This document shows positions 49,942 to 60,900 of a stretch of DNA of 64,000 nucleotides, piece by piece. The notes beneath the pieces were generated by a model, which had not been told where the DNA came from, did not search any database, and saw only the letters and a program-made list of their open reading frames with translations. Made by a program: the position numbers and the translations under genes. Each line of letters starts with the position of its first letter. The first letter of the stretch is position 1. This stretch comes from an uncultured delta proteobacterium. Its GTDB lineage: Bacteria; Myxococcota; Myxococcia; Myxococcales; Myxococcaceae. The DNA is taken from positions 64,001 through 128,000 of the forward strand of contig CAVYSY010000025.1 in assembly GCA_963771175.1 (NCBI GenBank), given 5' to 3'.

Positions 49942-52511
49942 ATGGCCGACGTCGCCCTCCCCATCGATCCGCTCCTGCCCGAGATCGTCGCCACCCTCCG
50001 TGGCGCGAAGTCGCTCGTGCTGGAGGCCCCTCCCGGCGCCGGCAAGACGACCCGCGTGCCCCGCGCCCTGCTCGAGGCCGGCATCGGCCAGGGCAAGGAG
50101 ATCGTCGTCCTCCAGCCCCGCCGCCTCGCCACCCGCCTCGCCGCCCAGCGCGTCGCCGAGGAGCTCGGCGAGCGCGTCGGCGAGACCGTCGGCTACCAGG
50201 TCCGCTTCGAGGACGTCCGCGGCCCCAAGACCCGCCTCTGCTTCGTCACCGAGGGCGTGCTCGGCCGCCGGCTCCTCTCCGACCCCACCCTCCGCGACGT
50301 CGGCGTCGTCGTGCTCGACGAGTTCCACGAGCGCCACCTCTCCGGCGACATCTCGCTCGCCCTCCTCCGCCGCCTCCAGCAGGGCCCCCGGCCCGACCTC
50401 AAGCTCGTGGTCATGTCCGCCACGCTCGACGCCGCGCCCATCGCCGCCTACCTCGGCGACTGCCCCTCCCTGCGCTCCGAGGGCCGCCGCTTCGACGTCG
50501 CCGTCGAGTACCTCCCCACCGCCGATGACCGCTACCTCGAGGCCCAGGTCGCTCTCCGCGCATCAAGCGGCTCCACGCCAAGGGCCTCGACGGCGACGTG
50601 CTCGTCTTCCTCCCCGGCGCCGGAGAAATCCGCCGCGCCAAGGACACCTGCGCCGAGTTCGCCGAGCGCCACGGGATCGAGCTGCTCCCCCTCCACGGCG
50701 ACCTGACCCCCGCCGAGCAGGACCGCGCCGTGCGCCGCAGCTCCCGGCGGAAGATCATCCTCTCCACCAACGTCGCGGAGACCTCCGTCACCATCGACGG
50801 GGTCGCCGCCGTCATCGATAGCGGTCTGGCCCGCGTGGCCTCGCACTCGCCCTGGTCCGGCCTGCCCATCCTCAAGCTCTCCAAGGTGAGCCGGGCCTCC
50901 GCCACCCAGCGCGCCGGCCGCGCCGGTCGTACCCGCTCCGGCCACTGCCTCCGCCTCTACACCCAGCACGACTTCGACGGCCGCCCCGAGCAGGACGCCC
51001 CCGAAATCCGCCGCATGGACCTGGCGGAGACCATCCTCGCCCTGCGCGCCTCGGGCGTGAAGGACCTCGCCTCCTTCCCCTTCTTCGAGCCGCCTCCCGC
51101 CGCTTCGCTCGACGCCGCGGAGACCCTGCTGCGCCGCCTGGGTGCCGTGGCCTCCGATGGCTCCGTGACGGACATCGGCCAGCGGCTCCTGCGCTTCCCC
51201 CTCCACCCGCGTCAGGCCCGCATCATCGTCGAGGGCGAGCGGCGCGGTGTGGGCGCGGACGCGGCGCTCCTCGCGGCCCTCGTGGGCGAGCGCGACATCC
51301 GTCGCGAGGCCCGCACCAACCTCTCGGGTCCGCATCGCGCCGCCGCCAACGTCGTCGCCGGGCCCTCGGATCTCCTGGAGCTGCTCGAGCGCTTCCGCGA
51401 CGCCGAGCGCGCCAACTTCTCCTCCGGCCGCGTCCAGTCACTCTCCCTGGAGTCGAGCGCCGTACAGGCCGTGGACCGGGTGCAGCGCCAGCTCCGGCGG
51501 GCCGTGCGCGAGCAGGGTCAGAAGCCCTCGCGACCCGAGGCCGTGGAACAGGCGCTGATGCTCAGTGTGCTCGCCGGCTATCCGGACCGGGTGGCCCGAC
51601 GCCGCCGGCCTCGCTCTCCCGAGCTGCTCCTCTTCGGCGGGGGCACCGCCCAGCTCTCCGAGGTCAGCGTCGTCCAGGAGCCCGAGCTCATGGTCGCCGT
51701 GGACGCCGAGGAGCGCCCCGGTCGCGGCGTCATCATCCGCCTCGCCAGCATGGTGGAGCCCGAGTGGCTCCTCGACCTGTACCCCGAGGCCCTGGAAGAG
51801 GTGGACGCCCTCCAGTGGAACGCCGACGCCAAGCGCGTCGAGCGCATCACCCGCCTGGCCTACGGCAACCTCGTCCTCGAGGAGACCCGCACGCCCGCCC
51901 CTCCCTCCGAAGAGGCCGCGCGCGTGCTCGTGGAGCAGGCCCTCGCCGCCGGTCCCGGCCGCTTCGCCGACCCCGAGGCCCTCCTGCATTGGCGCACCCG
52001 CGTCGCGCTGCTCGCCCAGGCGTTCCCCGAGGCCCACTTCCCCACCGTGGACGACGCCTTCATGCGCGACTCGCTCGCGTCCCTGTGCGCCGGGGCGCGG
52101 AGCTTCGCGGACCTCAACGGCGTGTCCCTGATCGACGCGCTCTACTCGCGCCTCACCTCCGAGCAGGCCCGCCTCCTGTCCAACCACGCCCCCGAGAAGG
52201 TCGCCCTCCCCGGCGGACGCACGGCCAAGGTCCACTACGAGCCCGGCAAGCCCCCTTGGGTCGAGTCCCGTCTCCAGGACTTCTTTGGTATGGCCCAGGG
52301 GCCCAGTGTGTGCGCCGGGCGCGTGCCGCTCGTGCTCCACCTGCTCGCGCCCAACATGCGCGCGGTGCAGGTCACCACGGACCTCGCCGGGTTCTGGGAG
52401 CGGCACTACCCCGCCCTCCGCAAGGAGCTGTGCCGCAAGTACCCGAGGCACAGCTGGCCCGAGGATCCACGCCATGCTCAGACGCCGGCCGAGCGTGGAC
52501 GGCGCATCTGA
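49942..52511 (+). CDS. hrpB: ATP-dependent RNA helicase HrpB; frameshift near 50555
   Basis: [39 protein letters not shown], and C-terminal RLQDFFG, DLAGFW, YPRHSWP. Confidence 0.95.
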
Positions 52512-52523
52512 GACGGCCCGGGG

Positions 52524-53000
52524 CTACAGCTTCTTGCGCATCTCCAGGTGGTCGATGCCGGCTTCCTGGAAGACCTCGCCCAGCGCCTCGTAGCCCTGCT
52601 TCTTGTAGAACTCGAGGGCGTAGAGCTGCGAGTGCAGCATGATGCCGTTCACGCTCCGCCGACGCGCCTCGTCCTCCAGCGTCGTCAACAGCAGCGCGCC
52701 CACCCGCGCCTTCCGGTGGGCCTTGAGCACCGCCATGCGGCCGATCTGCGCCCACGTCCCGGTCTCTCCGGGGGGCGGCTCCGGCAGCATCACCAGACGG
52801 CCCGTCCCGATGGCGTGCCCGCTCTGGAACGCCAGCACATGGTAGGCCTTCGCATCCTCGGCATCACGCTCGATGCCCTCGGGGACGTGCTGCTCCTCGA
52901 TGAACACCACCTCGCGGATGGCGAGCGCCTGAAACAGTTCAGCCTCACTCTTGATCTGAGCGATGGTGACCGGCGGTTGCGAATTCTCCGAGTTGGACAT
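52524..53000 (-). CDS. GNAT acetyltransferase (ElaA/YjcF-like)
   Basis: IREVVFIEEQ, IGTGRL, IGRMAV, FYKKQGY, EAGIDH. Confidence 0.92.
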   Translation of the reverse strand: MSNSENSQPPVTIAQIKSEAELFQALAIREVVFIEEQHVPEGIERDAEDAKAYHVLAFQSGHAIGTGRLVMLPEPPPGETGTWAQIGRMAVLKAHRKARVGALLLTTLEDEARRRSVNGIMLHSQLYALEFYKKQGYEALGEVFQEAGIDHLEMRKKL

Positions 53001-53080
53001 GGCTCAACCAAGGTACACAAAAGCCGCCGGGGCAGACAGACCAAAAGGCACGTCGACGTGTTAAGCGCCCTCTCGACGCG

Positions 53081-54241
53081 ATGCTTCCTGTCCAGGCCGC
53101 CGGACGGCTCCCCCTCATCGGCTTCTACGCCCTCTATTTCGGCACCGTGGGCATCGTCCTGCCCTTCCTCCCGGCCTACCTGGAATCCCTCGCACTCTCC
53201 GTCACCCAGATCGGCCTGCTGCTCGCCCTCGGTCCCCTGCTGGCCCTCGTCGCCCCCCACTTCTGGGGTCACCTCGCCGACAGCACTGGGCGTGCGAGCC
53301 GCGTCCTCTCCCTGCTCGCCCTGGGGGCCTGCGCGGGCTTCAGTCCCCTTCTCTTCGTCGACCGCTTCCCCGCCCTCGTCGCCACCTTCGTCGTCTACGG
53401 CTTCTTCGCCTCCTCCGTCACCCCCTTGGTGGACAGCCTCGCCCTCCAGCACGTCGCCCGGAACGGGGGCTCCTACGCCCACCTGCGCCTCTTCGGCTCG
53501 CTCGGCTTCGTGCTCTCCTCCTCCCTCTTCGGCCTCGCCGTGGACTCCGTGGGCCGCGCCACCGTGCGCGTCCCCTTCGTCCTCCTGGCCCTGCTCGCCC
53601 TCTGGAGCCTCACCCTCCGCGACGGCCCACGCCCCCCGGCCGAGCCCGTCCACCCCCTCGCCGGCTTCCAGCTCCTCGCCAACCGCGACCTGTGCTGGTT
53701 CCTCGCCGGCACCACCCTCCATTGGATCGCCCTCGCCCCCTACAACGGCACCTTCTCCATCTTCGTCGTGTCGCTCGGCCTGCCGCCCTCGGTGGTGGGT
53801 ATCTCCGCCGCGCTCGGGGTCGCCGCCGAGCTGGGGGTGATGTTCCTCTACCCCCGCGTGGCCGAGCGCATCACCCCCCGCCACCTCCTGGCCCTCGCCT
53901 TCGCCAGCAGTGCCCTGCGCTGGGCGGGCCTCGCCATGGCCACCTCGCCCACCGTCATCGCCGCCCTCTCGCTCCTGCACGGCATGTCCTTCGGCGCCTT
54001 CTACGTGGCCAGCGTCGCCTTCATGGCCCGCCGCGTCCCGCCCCACCTGCGCGCCTCCGGCCAGGCCCTCTTCGCCGCCATCACCTTCGGGCTCGGGGGC
54101 CTCGTGGGCTACTCCACCGCCGGGGCCGGCTACGACTGGCTCGGCGGCCACCGCCTCTTCGCCGTCGCCACCGGCCTCGAGCTGGTCGCCGCCGCCCTCG
54201 TCCTCCGCATCTCCCCCGAGGAGCCCGGCCGCCCGACGTGA
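53081..54241 (+). CDS. MFS transporter (MFS_1-like / nucleoside:H+ symporter-like)
   Basis: About 12 hydrophobic segments; LPFLP.YL, WGHLAD, YAHLRLFGSLGF, LHGMSFG. Confidence 0.9.
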   Translation: MLPVQAAGRLPLIGFYALYFGTVGIVLPFLPAYLESLALSVTQIGLLLALGPLLALVAPHFWGHLADSTGRASRVLSLLALGACAGFSPLLFVDRFPALVATFVVYGFFASSVTPLVDSLALQHVARNGGSYAHLRLFGSLGFVLSSSLFGLAVDSVGRATVRVPFVLLALLALWSLTLRDGPRPPAEPVHPLAGFQLLANRDLCWFLAGTTLHWIALAPYNGTFSIFVVSLGLPPSVVGISAALGVAAELGVMFLYPRVAERITPRHLLALAFASSALRWAGLAMATSPTVIAALSLLHGMSFGAFYVASVAFMARRVPPHLRASGQALFAAITFGLGGLVGYSTAGAGYDWLGGHRLFAVATGLELVAAALVLRISPEEPGRPT

Positions 54242-54255
54242 TAACCTGCGGCGCG

Positions 54256-55311
54256 ATGCGATCCGCCCTCCTCGCACTCCTCCTCTGCCTCATTTCCGTC
54301 CCCGCCGCCGCCCAGCCGGAGGTCTTCTTCGGACCCGGCAGCGACGTGCCCAACCTCAAGGAAGAGGACTTCGACCGCCGCTTCCTCAAGACGGGCCTGT
54401 ACCGCGCCCTCTCCCAGGGGACGAACGACCCGAACTGCGCCCAGCTCCTCGGCGGGCTGATGACGCTGCTCGGGGAGACCGCGCCCCTGCTCCACAAGCG
54501 CGACGAGAACTTCTACCTGGACCCCCAGCTCGTCCAGGCGCTCAACACGCAGCTCAGCACCCCGCGCTTCCAGGCCAACGCCTACCTCGTGGCCATGGTG
54601 CGGCGCGTGCTGATCGACCGCAAGCTGCCCCAGCCCTGGTTCCAGACCGCGGCCGACCTCGGGCCCCTCGTCCTCACCATCGACGTGGGCAAGCTGCGCT
54701 TCATCTCCGAGGGGCTCCAGCCCATCGACAGCTTCTTCCTCACCCTCCCCGCCCTGCGCGAGCGCTATGAAATCGAGGTCCGCCGCGCCAACGCCACCGC
54801 CGCCTCCTCCGCCGAGAAGACGTTCCGCGAGAACTACCTCGACCGGCAGGTGGCCTTCGGGAGCGTCGAGCTGATTGACGTGAAGCTGGAGAAGCCGAAG
54901 AAGAAGCCCAAGAAGCGCAAGGGCGAGTTCGTCGAGGAGGAGCCGCTCACCGCCGTGGCCCGGATGGCGTGGTACCCGCCCGACCCGAACGCCGGGCAGA
55001 TCAACATCTACGGCACGCCGACGAAGCGCCCCGTCGTCAACATCTCCGCGCGGCTCGCGCCCGAGCAGTACCTGGACCTGAGCCGCATCCCCAAGGGCAC
55101 CCGGCTGATGGTGCGCGGGCGCTTCTGGGCCTTCAAGAAGGCGGTGGAGGACGTGGAGATCCGCGACGCACTCATCTTCCAGGACCGCGACTGGTCCCAG
55201 GGCGCCCTGCTGGCGGACCCCAACGTCGTGGCCCGCTGCCCCGTCGCCGTCAACGACCTGATGGGCGGGGCGCCCGTGCAGCCGGGTGCCTTCGGCCAGC
55301 CGAGCCGCTAG
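54256..55311 (+). CDS. Secreted hypothetical protein
   Basis: Signal peptide MRSALLALLLCLISVPAAA; good codon usage. Confidence 0.75.
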   Translation: MRSALLALLLCLISVPAAAQPEVFFGPGSDVPNLKEEDFDRRFLKTGLYRALSQGTNDPNCAQLLGGLMTLLGETAPLLHKRDENFYLDPQLVQALNTQLSTPRFQANAYLVAMVRRVLIDRKLPQPWFQTAADLGPLVLTIDVGKLRFISEGLQPIDSFFLTLPALRERYEIEVRRANATAASSAEKTFRENYLDRQVAFGSVELIDVKLEKPKKKPKKRKGEFVEEEPLTAVARMAWYPPDPNAGQINIYGTPTKRPVVNISARLAPEQYLDLSRIPKGTRLMVRGRFWAFKKAVEDVEIRDALIFQDRDWSQGALLADPNVVARCPVAVNDLMGGAPVQPGAFGQPSR

Positions 55312-55383
55312 GGGCCCGCTCCGAACCCGGGCGGTCCTCCGCCTTTCCTGTATTTCCCGTGTTTCAGGGTAGAGTGCGCGCCC

Positions 55384-55914
55384 ATGCGCACCTGGTTCCC
55401 GCTGGCCGCCCTGCTCGTGGCGACTCCAGCCCTCGCCGAGCATTCCGTGTCGCTCGGGGCTTCCACCCTCCAAATCCGAGCCAACTTCGGCGTGTACCCC
55501 GTCCGAGTGCTCGCCGACGCGGGCTATGCCTACAAGACCGACCGCTGGCTGCTGGGCGGCGGCGTGCGACTGGCGACGCCCCAGGGCGGTGCGCCCGTGC
55601 CGCTCGAGGTCTACACGCGCGCCCTGCTCTCCGCCCACGTGGGCCCCTGGAGCCCCGCGCTGGGGCCCGAGCTCGGCTACAGCTTCCTCTCCGAGGTGGG
55701 CCCCCGCGAGAGCCAGCTCCCCCCCGACATCCTCGGGCTGGAGGCCAGGTACACCGGCCCCCTCTACGTCGCCGTCCACGCGGCGCCCCTCCGCTTCTCT
55801 TTCGGTCGGTTCACCGTCAGCGCGCTCGAGGTGAACCTCGGCACGCCCATCACCACGCCCGCCACCCTGCTGCGCCTGCAGGTGGGGCTCTTGAGCGCGG
55901 GGGTCCAGCTATGA
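55384..55914 (+). CDS. Putative small outer-membrane beta-strand protein (paralog A)
   Basis: Signal peptide; alternating hydrophobic strands; similar to 56930..57442. Confidence 0.7.
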   Translation: MRTWFPLAALLVATPALAEHSVSLGASTLQIRANFGVYPVRVLADAGYAYKTDRWLLGGGVRLATPQGGAPVPLEVYTRALLSAHVGPWSPALGPELGYSFLSEVGPRESQLPPDILGLEARYTGPLYVAVHAAPLRFSFGRFTVSALEVNLGTPITTPATLLRLQVGLLSAGVQL

Positions 55915-56933
55915 AGCGTCTCGCCCTGACCACCACCCTGCTGGCGGCGAGCGCCTGCGCCCCGACGAACCCCCTCCCCGACGCCGAGGCGTCGGCGCGC
56001 TCCCGGGACTTCGCCTCGGGAGTGCAGCAGACGCGGCTCATGGAGGACGTCACCGAGCTGGCCGAGGGCCATGTCGCGGACACGCCCTTCGACTGCCACC
56101 TCTTCAACTACCAGCTCATCTCGCTGAAGGATGCGGGCGTGCCCGTCTGCAACCTCAGCCGGGATCGGGCGCGGGACATGCTGCGCGAGCGCTTCGAGAA
56201 GCTCGGCCTGGAGGTGACGGTGGACCAGGGGGAGGACGAGCGCTTCCCCACCACCAACGTCATCGGCGAGCTGCGGGGCACCGAGCACCCCGAAGAGGTG
56301 GTGGTGGTGGCGGCGCACTACGACGCCTTCCACACGGGAGCGGATGACAACAGCACGGGCGTGGCGGCGATGCTGGAGCTGGCCCGGCTGGCGTCCGGCA
56401 AGCGCTTCGGGCGCACCGTGCGCTTCATCGGCTTCGACCACGAGGAGTTTGGCACCGTGGGCAGCGCCCGCTACGTGCGCACGCACTCCAACGAGCGGCT
56501 CGTCACCGCGCTCGTCTTCGACACCATTGGATACCGGGACGCGCGGCCCGACAGCCAGCAGGGGCTGCCCGGCGTGGAGACGCCCACCACTGGGGACTTC
56601 ATCGCCGTCATCGGCAACGACGACTCGCGCGCGCACGTGGAGGACGTGATGGAGCTCGCCCGGCACCTGGAGCAGGTGCCTCCGGCGCTGGGGGCCGTCG
56701 CCCCGGGCACCGGCCTCGGGCCTCTCTCCTTCCACCTGACCCGCAGCGACCACGCCTCCTTCTGGATGGTGGGGCTCGACGCCGTCTTCTTCACCGACAC
56801 CGCCGCCTTCCGCAACCCCCACTACCACAAGGACACCGACACGGTGTCCACGCTCGACCCCGAGTTCTTCGCGGGCGTCACCCGGCTCGCCGCCGGCGCC
56901 CTGTCCTACTGGGCGGAGGGTCCCCGGCCATGA
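55911..56933 (+). CDS. M28-family metallopeptidase lipoprotein
   Basis: Lipobox ASAC; AHYD, GADDNSTG, DHEEFG, FDTIG, RSDH, YH..TD; ATGA overlaps on both sides. Confidence 0.9.
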   Translation: MKRLALTTTLLAASACAPTNPLPDAEASARSRDFASGVQQTRLMEDVTELAEGHVADTPFDCHLFNYQLISLKDAGVPVCNLSRDRARDMLRERFEKLGLEVTVDQGEDERFPTTNVIGELRGTEHPEEVVVVAAHYDAFHTGADDNSTGVAAMLELARLASGKRFGRTVRFIGFDHEEFGTVGSARYVRTHSNERLVTALVFDTIGYRDARPDSQQGLPGVETPTTGDFIAVIGNDDSRAHVEDVMELARHLEQVPPALGAVAPGTGLGPLSFHLTRSDHASFWMVGLDAVFFTDTAAFRNPHYHKDTDTVSTLDPEFFAGVTRLAAGALSYWAEGPRP

Positions 56934-57442
56934 TGAACACCCTGCTCGTCCTTGGATTGCTGGGCGCCTCGCCCGCCGAGCCGCCTCCGGCCCACCAGTT
57001 CGACGTGTACCTGCGCTCGGGGCTGACGCTGTTCTCCTCGCCCGCGCGCACCCAGGGAGGCGCCGGCGGAGGGCTCGGCCTGCGCGACACCGTGAACGGG
57101 CGCTGGCTGCTCCAAGCGGACGTGAACGGGCTGATCGGCATGGGCTCCGCGCTGGAGGTGCGGCTGGGCGCGGGGGTGCAGCGCGAGGGCTCGTGGTCCC
57201 CCATGGCGAGCCTTCAGCTCTCCGGGCTGATCGGCCAGCAGCTCCGACTGCTCTCCCCCGAGTACCCCCGGGCCGCGCCCGCCGCGGCGGTGACCCTGGG
57301 CGTGGCGCTGGCTCCCGTGCGCTTCAACGTGGCGAACACCCGGGTGTCCGCGCTGGAGCTGAACGTGGGCGTGGGCCCCGATGTCTCGGGGCTCGGGCTG
57401 CGCTACGGCCTCACGCTGCTGGAGATCGGCGTGCCGCTCTGA
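56930..57442 (+). CDS. Putative small outer-membrane beta-strand protein (paralog B)
   Basis: Signal-like N-terminus; WSP, APVRF and VSALELNVG motifs shared with paralog A. Confidence 0.7.
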   Translation: MMNTLLVLGLLGASPAEPPPAHQFDVYLRSGLTLFSSPARTQGGAGGGLGLRDTVNGRWLLQADVNGLIGMGSALEVRLGAGVQREGSWSPMASLQLSGLIGQQLRLLSPEYPRAAPAAAVTLGVALAPVRFNVANTRVSALELNVGVGPDVSGLGLRYGLTLLEIGVPL

Positions 57443-57918
57443 GCGGGTGTTACCCGGCCGGGAGGCGCGCTCGGGGCCGGAGAGGCTCCGGGCGCGCTGC
57501 GCCACATGCGGCCGGCGGTGACGAAGAAGAAGAGGCAGAAGGTGCCGTTGAGATAGAGCCAGTGGTGGAAGAAGCGGCCCGACTGCTGCCACCACAGCAC
57601 CGTCAGGCTGAGGTTCATCACCACCACCAGCGCGAGGATGGCCAGCCCGAGCGCGATGCCGGCCCGCCGCCGAACCAGCAGCAGCACCACCGTCAGCGGG
57701 TTGAACACCGCCAGCGACGTCATGAAGGCGTTCCACACCAGAGGCACCGTGGTGCCGGGCAACAGCCCCTGCTGGTAGGACAGCGGCCCCTTGGTCACCA
57801 GATCGACCACGTGCGCGATGCTGCCCACGCTGAAGCCCAGGCAATAGATGACGAGCCAGATGCGCTCGGTGCGCCGGGAAGGAGCGCGGGGAGTCTCGAG
57901 GGTGGAGTCGGTGCTCAT
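57403..57918 (-). CDS. Small 4-TM membrane protein downstream of the NRPS
   Basis: Four hydrophobic segments; starts 13 nt after the NRPS stop on the same strand. Confidence 0.7.
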   Translation of the reverse strand: MSTDSTLETPRAPSRRTERIWLVIYCLGFSVGSIAHVVDLVTKGPLSYQQGLLPGTTVPLVWNAFMTSLAVFNPLTVVLLLVRRRAGIALGLAILALVVVMNLSLTVLWWQQSGRFFHHWLYLNGTFCLFFFVTAGRMWRSAPGASPAPSAPPGRVTPAQSGTPISSSVRP

Positions 57919-57931
57919 AGGAGTGGGGACG

Positions 57932-60900
57932 TCAGGCGAGGGAGGACTTGCCGGCGGGGGCCACGGATTCTACCTCGGCCCGCGCCCGCTCGAGGTGGAC
58001 GCGGAGGCGCTCGGCGACCTCCCGCACGTGGGGCATGCGGAGCATGGAGTCGTGGCTGCCAGGCACCTGCTCCACCTCCAGTGAGGCCAGCGAAGCCCAG
58101 CCCTGGGTCGGCGGTGCGAGCCGCGCCTCGCTGGCGGCCAGCAACACCACCCGCCCCCCGAAGGAGCCGGGCACGTAGCGCTCGACGGCGCGCAGGTTGC
58201 TCTCGAACACCCGGCGCAGGGCGTTCAGGTGCGGCCTTCCCGCCTCGGCCAGGGTGACGCCCGAGCGCCGCCCCAGCTCCAGCAGGAAGTCCAGCACCTC
58301 GTCGTCGCCCATGCGGGCCAGGGCCTCGTCCCCGAGCCCCAGCTCCACGCCAAACGTCTGGGCCGCCGCCCGGGCGAACACCACTCGCAGGCCCGCGGCC
58401 TCGTCACCGCCATGCCGAGGCACCGCGGACACCACGCCGGGTGCATAGGTATCCAGCAGCGCCAGCAGGGCCACCTGCTCGCCACGGGCCCGGAGCTGGC
58501 GCGCCATCTCGTAGGCCAGGGTGCCGCCCAGCGACCAGCCTCCGAGCAGGTAGGGGCCCTCGGGCTGCACGGAGCGGATGGCCTCCACGTAGAGCGCCGC
58601 CATTTCCTCCACCGTGCCCAGGGGCTGCTGGCCTTCCTCCGCGCCGCGCGCCTGCAGCCCGTAGAAGGGCTGCTCCGGGCCCAGCAGGCGGGACAGCTCG
58701 GCATAGGCCAGGGTGTTGCCGCCCGCCGGGTGCACGCAGAAGAAGGGGCGTCGGCCGTCGCGTCCGGGCTCCAGCCGCACCAGTGGCGACCAGGGACCGG
58801 CCTCCTGGCGCAGCAGGCGCGCCTGGAGCTCCACCGTCGGAGCCTGGAAGAGGGCCGCCAGTGGAAGGCCGCGCCCGGTGAGCTCGCGAATGGAGCGTCA
58901 TCAGCCGCACCGCCAACAGCGAGTGGCCCCCCAGCTCGAAGAAGTTGGAGTGGACGCCCACCGACTCGACGCCCAGCAACCGCTCCCAGAGACGGGCCAG
59001 TTGCAGCTCCAGCGCGTCCCTCGGAGCGACGAAGGGCTCGGCCGACCGGGTCGACAGTCCCTCCGGCGAGGGCAGGGCCTTCTGGTCCACCTTGCCGCTG
59101 GACGTGAGGGGCAGCGCCTCCAGCACCACGATGGCCGAGGGCACCATGTACTCCGGCAGCCGCTGCCTCAGGTGCGCGCGCAGGCGGGCCACCTCCACCG
59201 CCTGCCCCTCCCGCGCCACCACGTACGACACCAGCCGCTTGTCCCCGGCCTCCTGCCGCACCACCACCACGCACCCACCCACCGCCGGGTGCTCGCGCAG
59301 CACCGACTCCACCTCTCCCAGCTCGATTCGGAAGCCGCGCAGCTTCACCTGGAAGTCCACCCGCCCCAGGTACTCGAGCTGCCCGTCCGCGCGCCAACGC
59401 ACCCGGTCCCCCGTACGGTACAGCCGCGCTCCGGGCGTGACGCTGAAGGGGTGCGGCACGAAGCGCTCCGCCGTCAGCTCCGGCCTCTCCAGGTAGCCGC
59501 GCGCCAGGCCCACCCCGCCCACGTACAGCTCTCCCGGCACTCCCGCCGGCACCGGCTGCATCGCCCCGTCCAACACGTACACGTCCACGTTGGGCAGGGA
59601 CCGGCCGATCGTCAGGTGCTCCGGATCCACCTGACCACTCACCGTGGCGCAGACGGTGACCTCCGTGGGGCCGTACGCATCCAGCAACGTCCGGTCCTGG
59701 CTCCAGCGCCGCGCCACCTCGGGCGGGCACGCCTCTCCCGCGGTGACGAGGGTGCGCAGCTCCGGCAACCCCGCCGCCTCCATCACGCTCAGCACCGAGG
59801 GCGTGAGCGTGACGGACGTGACGCGCTCCTGCTTCAGCAGCGAGTGCAGGGGCTCACCCGGGAGCATCCGCTCCCGCGGCGCGAGCACCAGGCACGCGCC
59901 CGCCAGCAGCGTGGTGAACACCTCGCTCACCGAGGCATCGAAGGCAGGAGACGCGAACTGGAGGACGCGGTCCTCCTCCCCCACACCGAACCGCAGCGCG
60001 GAGGCCAGTGCGGTGTTGCACAAGCCCCGGTGCACCAGCAGCGTCCCCTTGGGCCGCCCCGTGCTCCCCGACGTATAGATGATGTACGCGAGGTTCTCCG
60101 GCGCGACCTCCACGGCCGGAGCCAGCGTGGGCTGCGCGGACAGCTCGGCTTCCAGCTTCTCCAGGTGCAGCACCGTGGCGGGCCGCTCCGGGAGGGCTTC
60201 CGCCAGGTGCTCGCGGCTCAGGAGCACCGAGGCTCCAGAGTCCTGGAGCATGTCGCCCAGGCGCTCGGGCGGATGCGCGGCATCGAGGGACAGGAAGGCC
60301 CCACCCGCCTTGAGGATGCCCAGCAGCGACACCACCGACTCGACCGAGCGCTCCAGCAGCACGCCCACGCGGGACTCGGGGCCCACCCCGTGCCGACGCA
60401 GCAGGTGCGCCAGCCGGTTGGCCCGCTCATCGAGCTCCCGATAGCTCAGCTCCACGCCCTCGAAGCGCAGCGCGGGCGCGTGTGGCGTGCGCTCCACCTG
60501 CGCCTCGAACAGGCGGTGGGCGCGGAGGTCCTCCGGCCTCAGTTCCTCGTGCGACCGGCCCCACTCCACCAGCACCCGCTGGCGCTCGGCCCCGGTCATC
60601 AGTGGCAGCAGTGCCACGGGTTGCTCCGGCCGCTCCACCGCCCCCTCCAGCAGCACCTTCAGGTGCCCCACCATCCTCTCCACCGTCTCGGGCTCGAAGA
60701 GGTCCGTGTTGTACTCGAAGCCTCCTTCCAGACCCCCCGCGTCCTCCGTCAGGAACAGGCTCAGGTCGAACTTCGCCGTCCCGCTGTCCACCTCCAGCGG
60801 CTCCAACGTCAGCCCCGGCTGCTTCAGCGCCTCCATCGGCGCGTTCTGCACCGCCAGCATCACCTGGAACAGCGGCGTGTGGCTCAGGCTGCGCGTCGGC

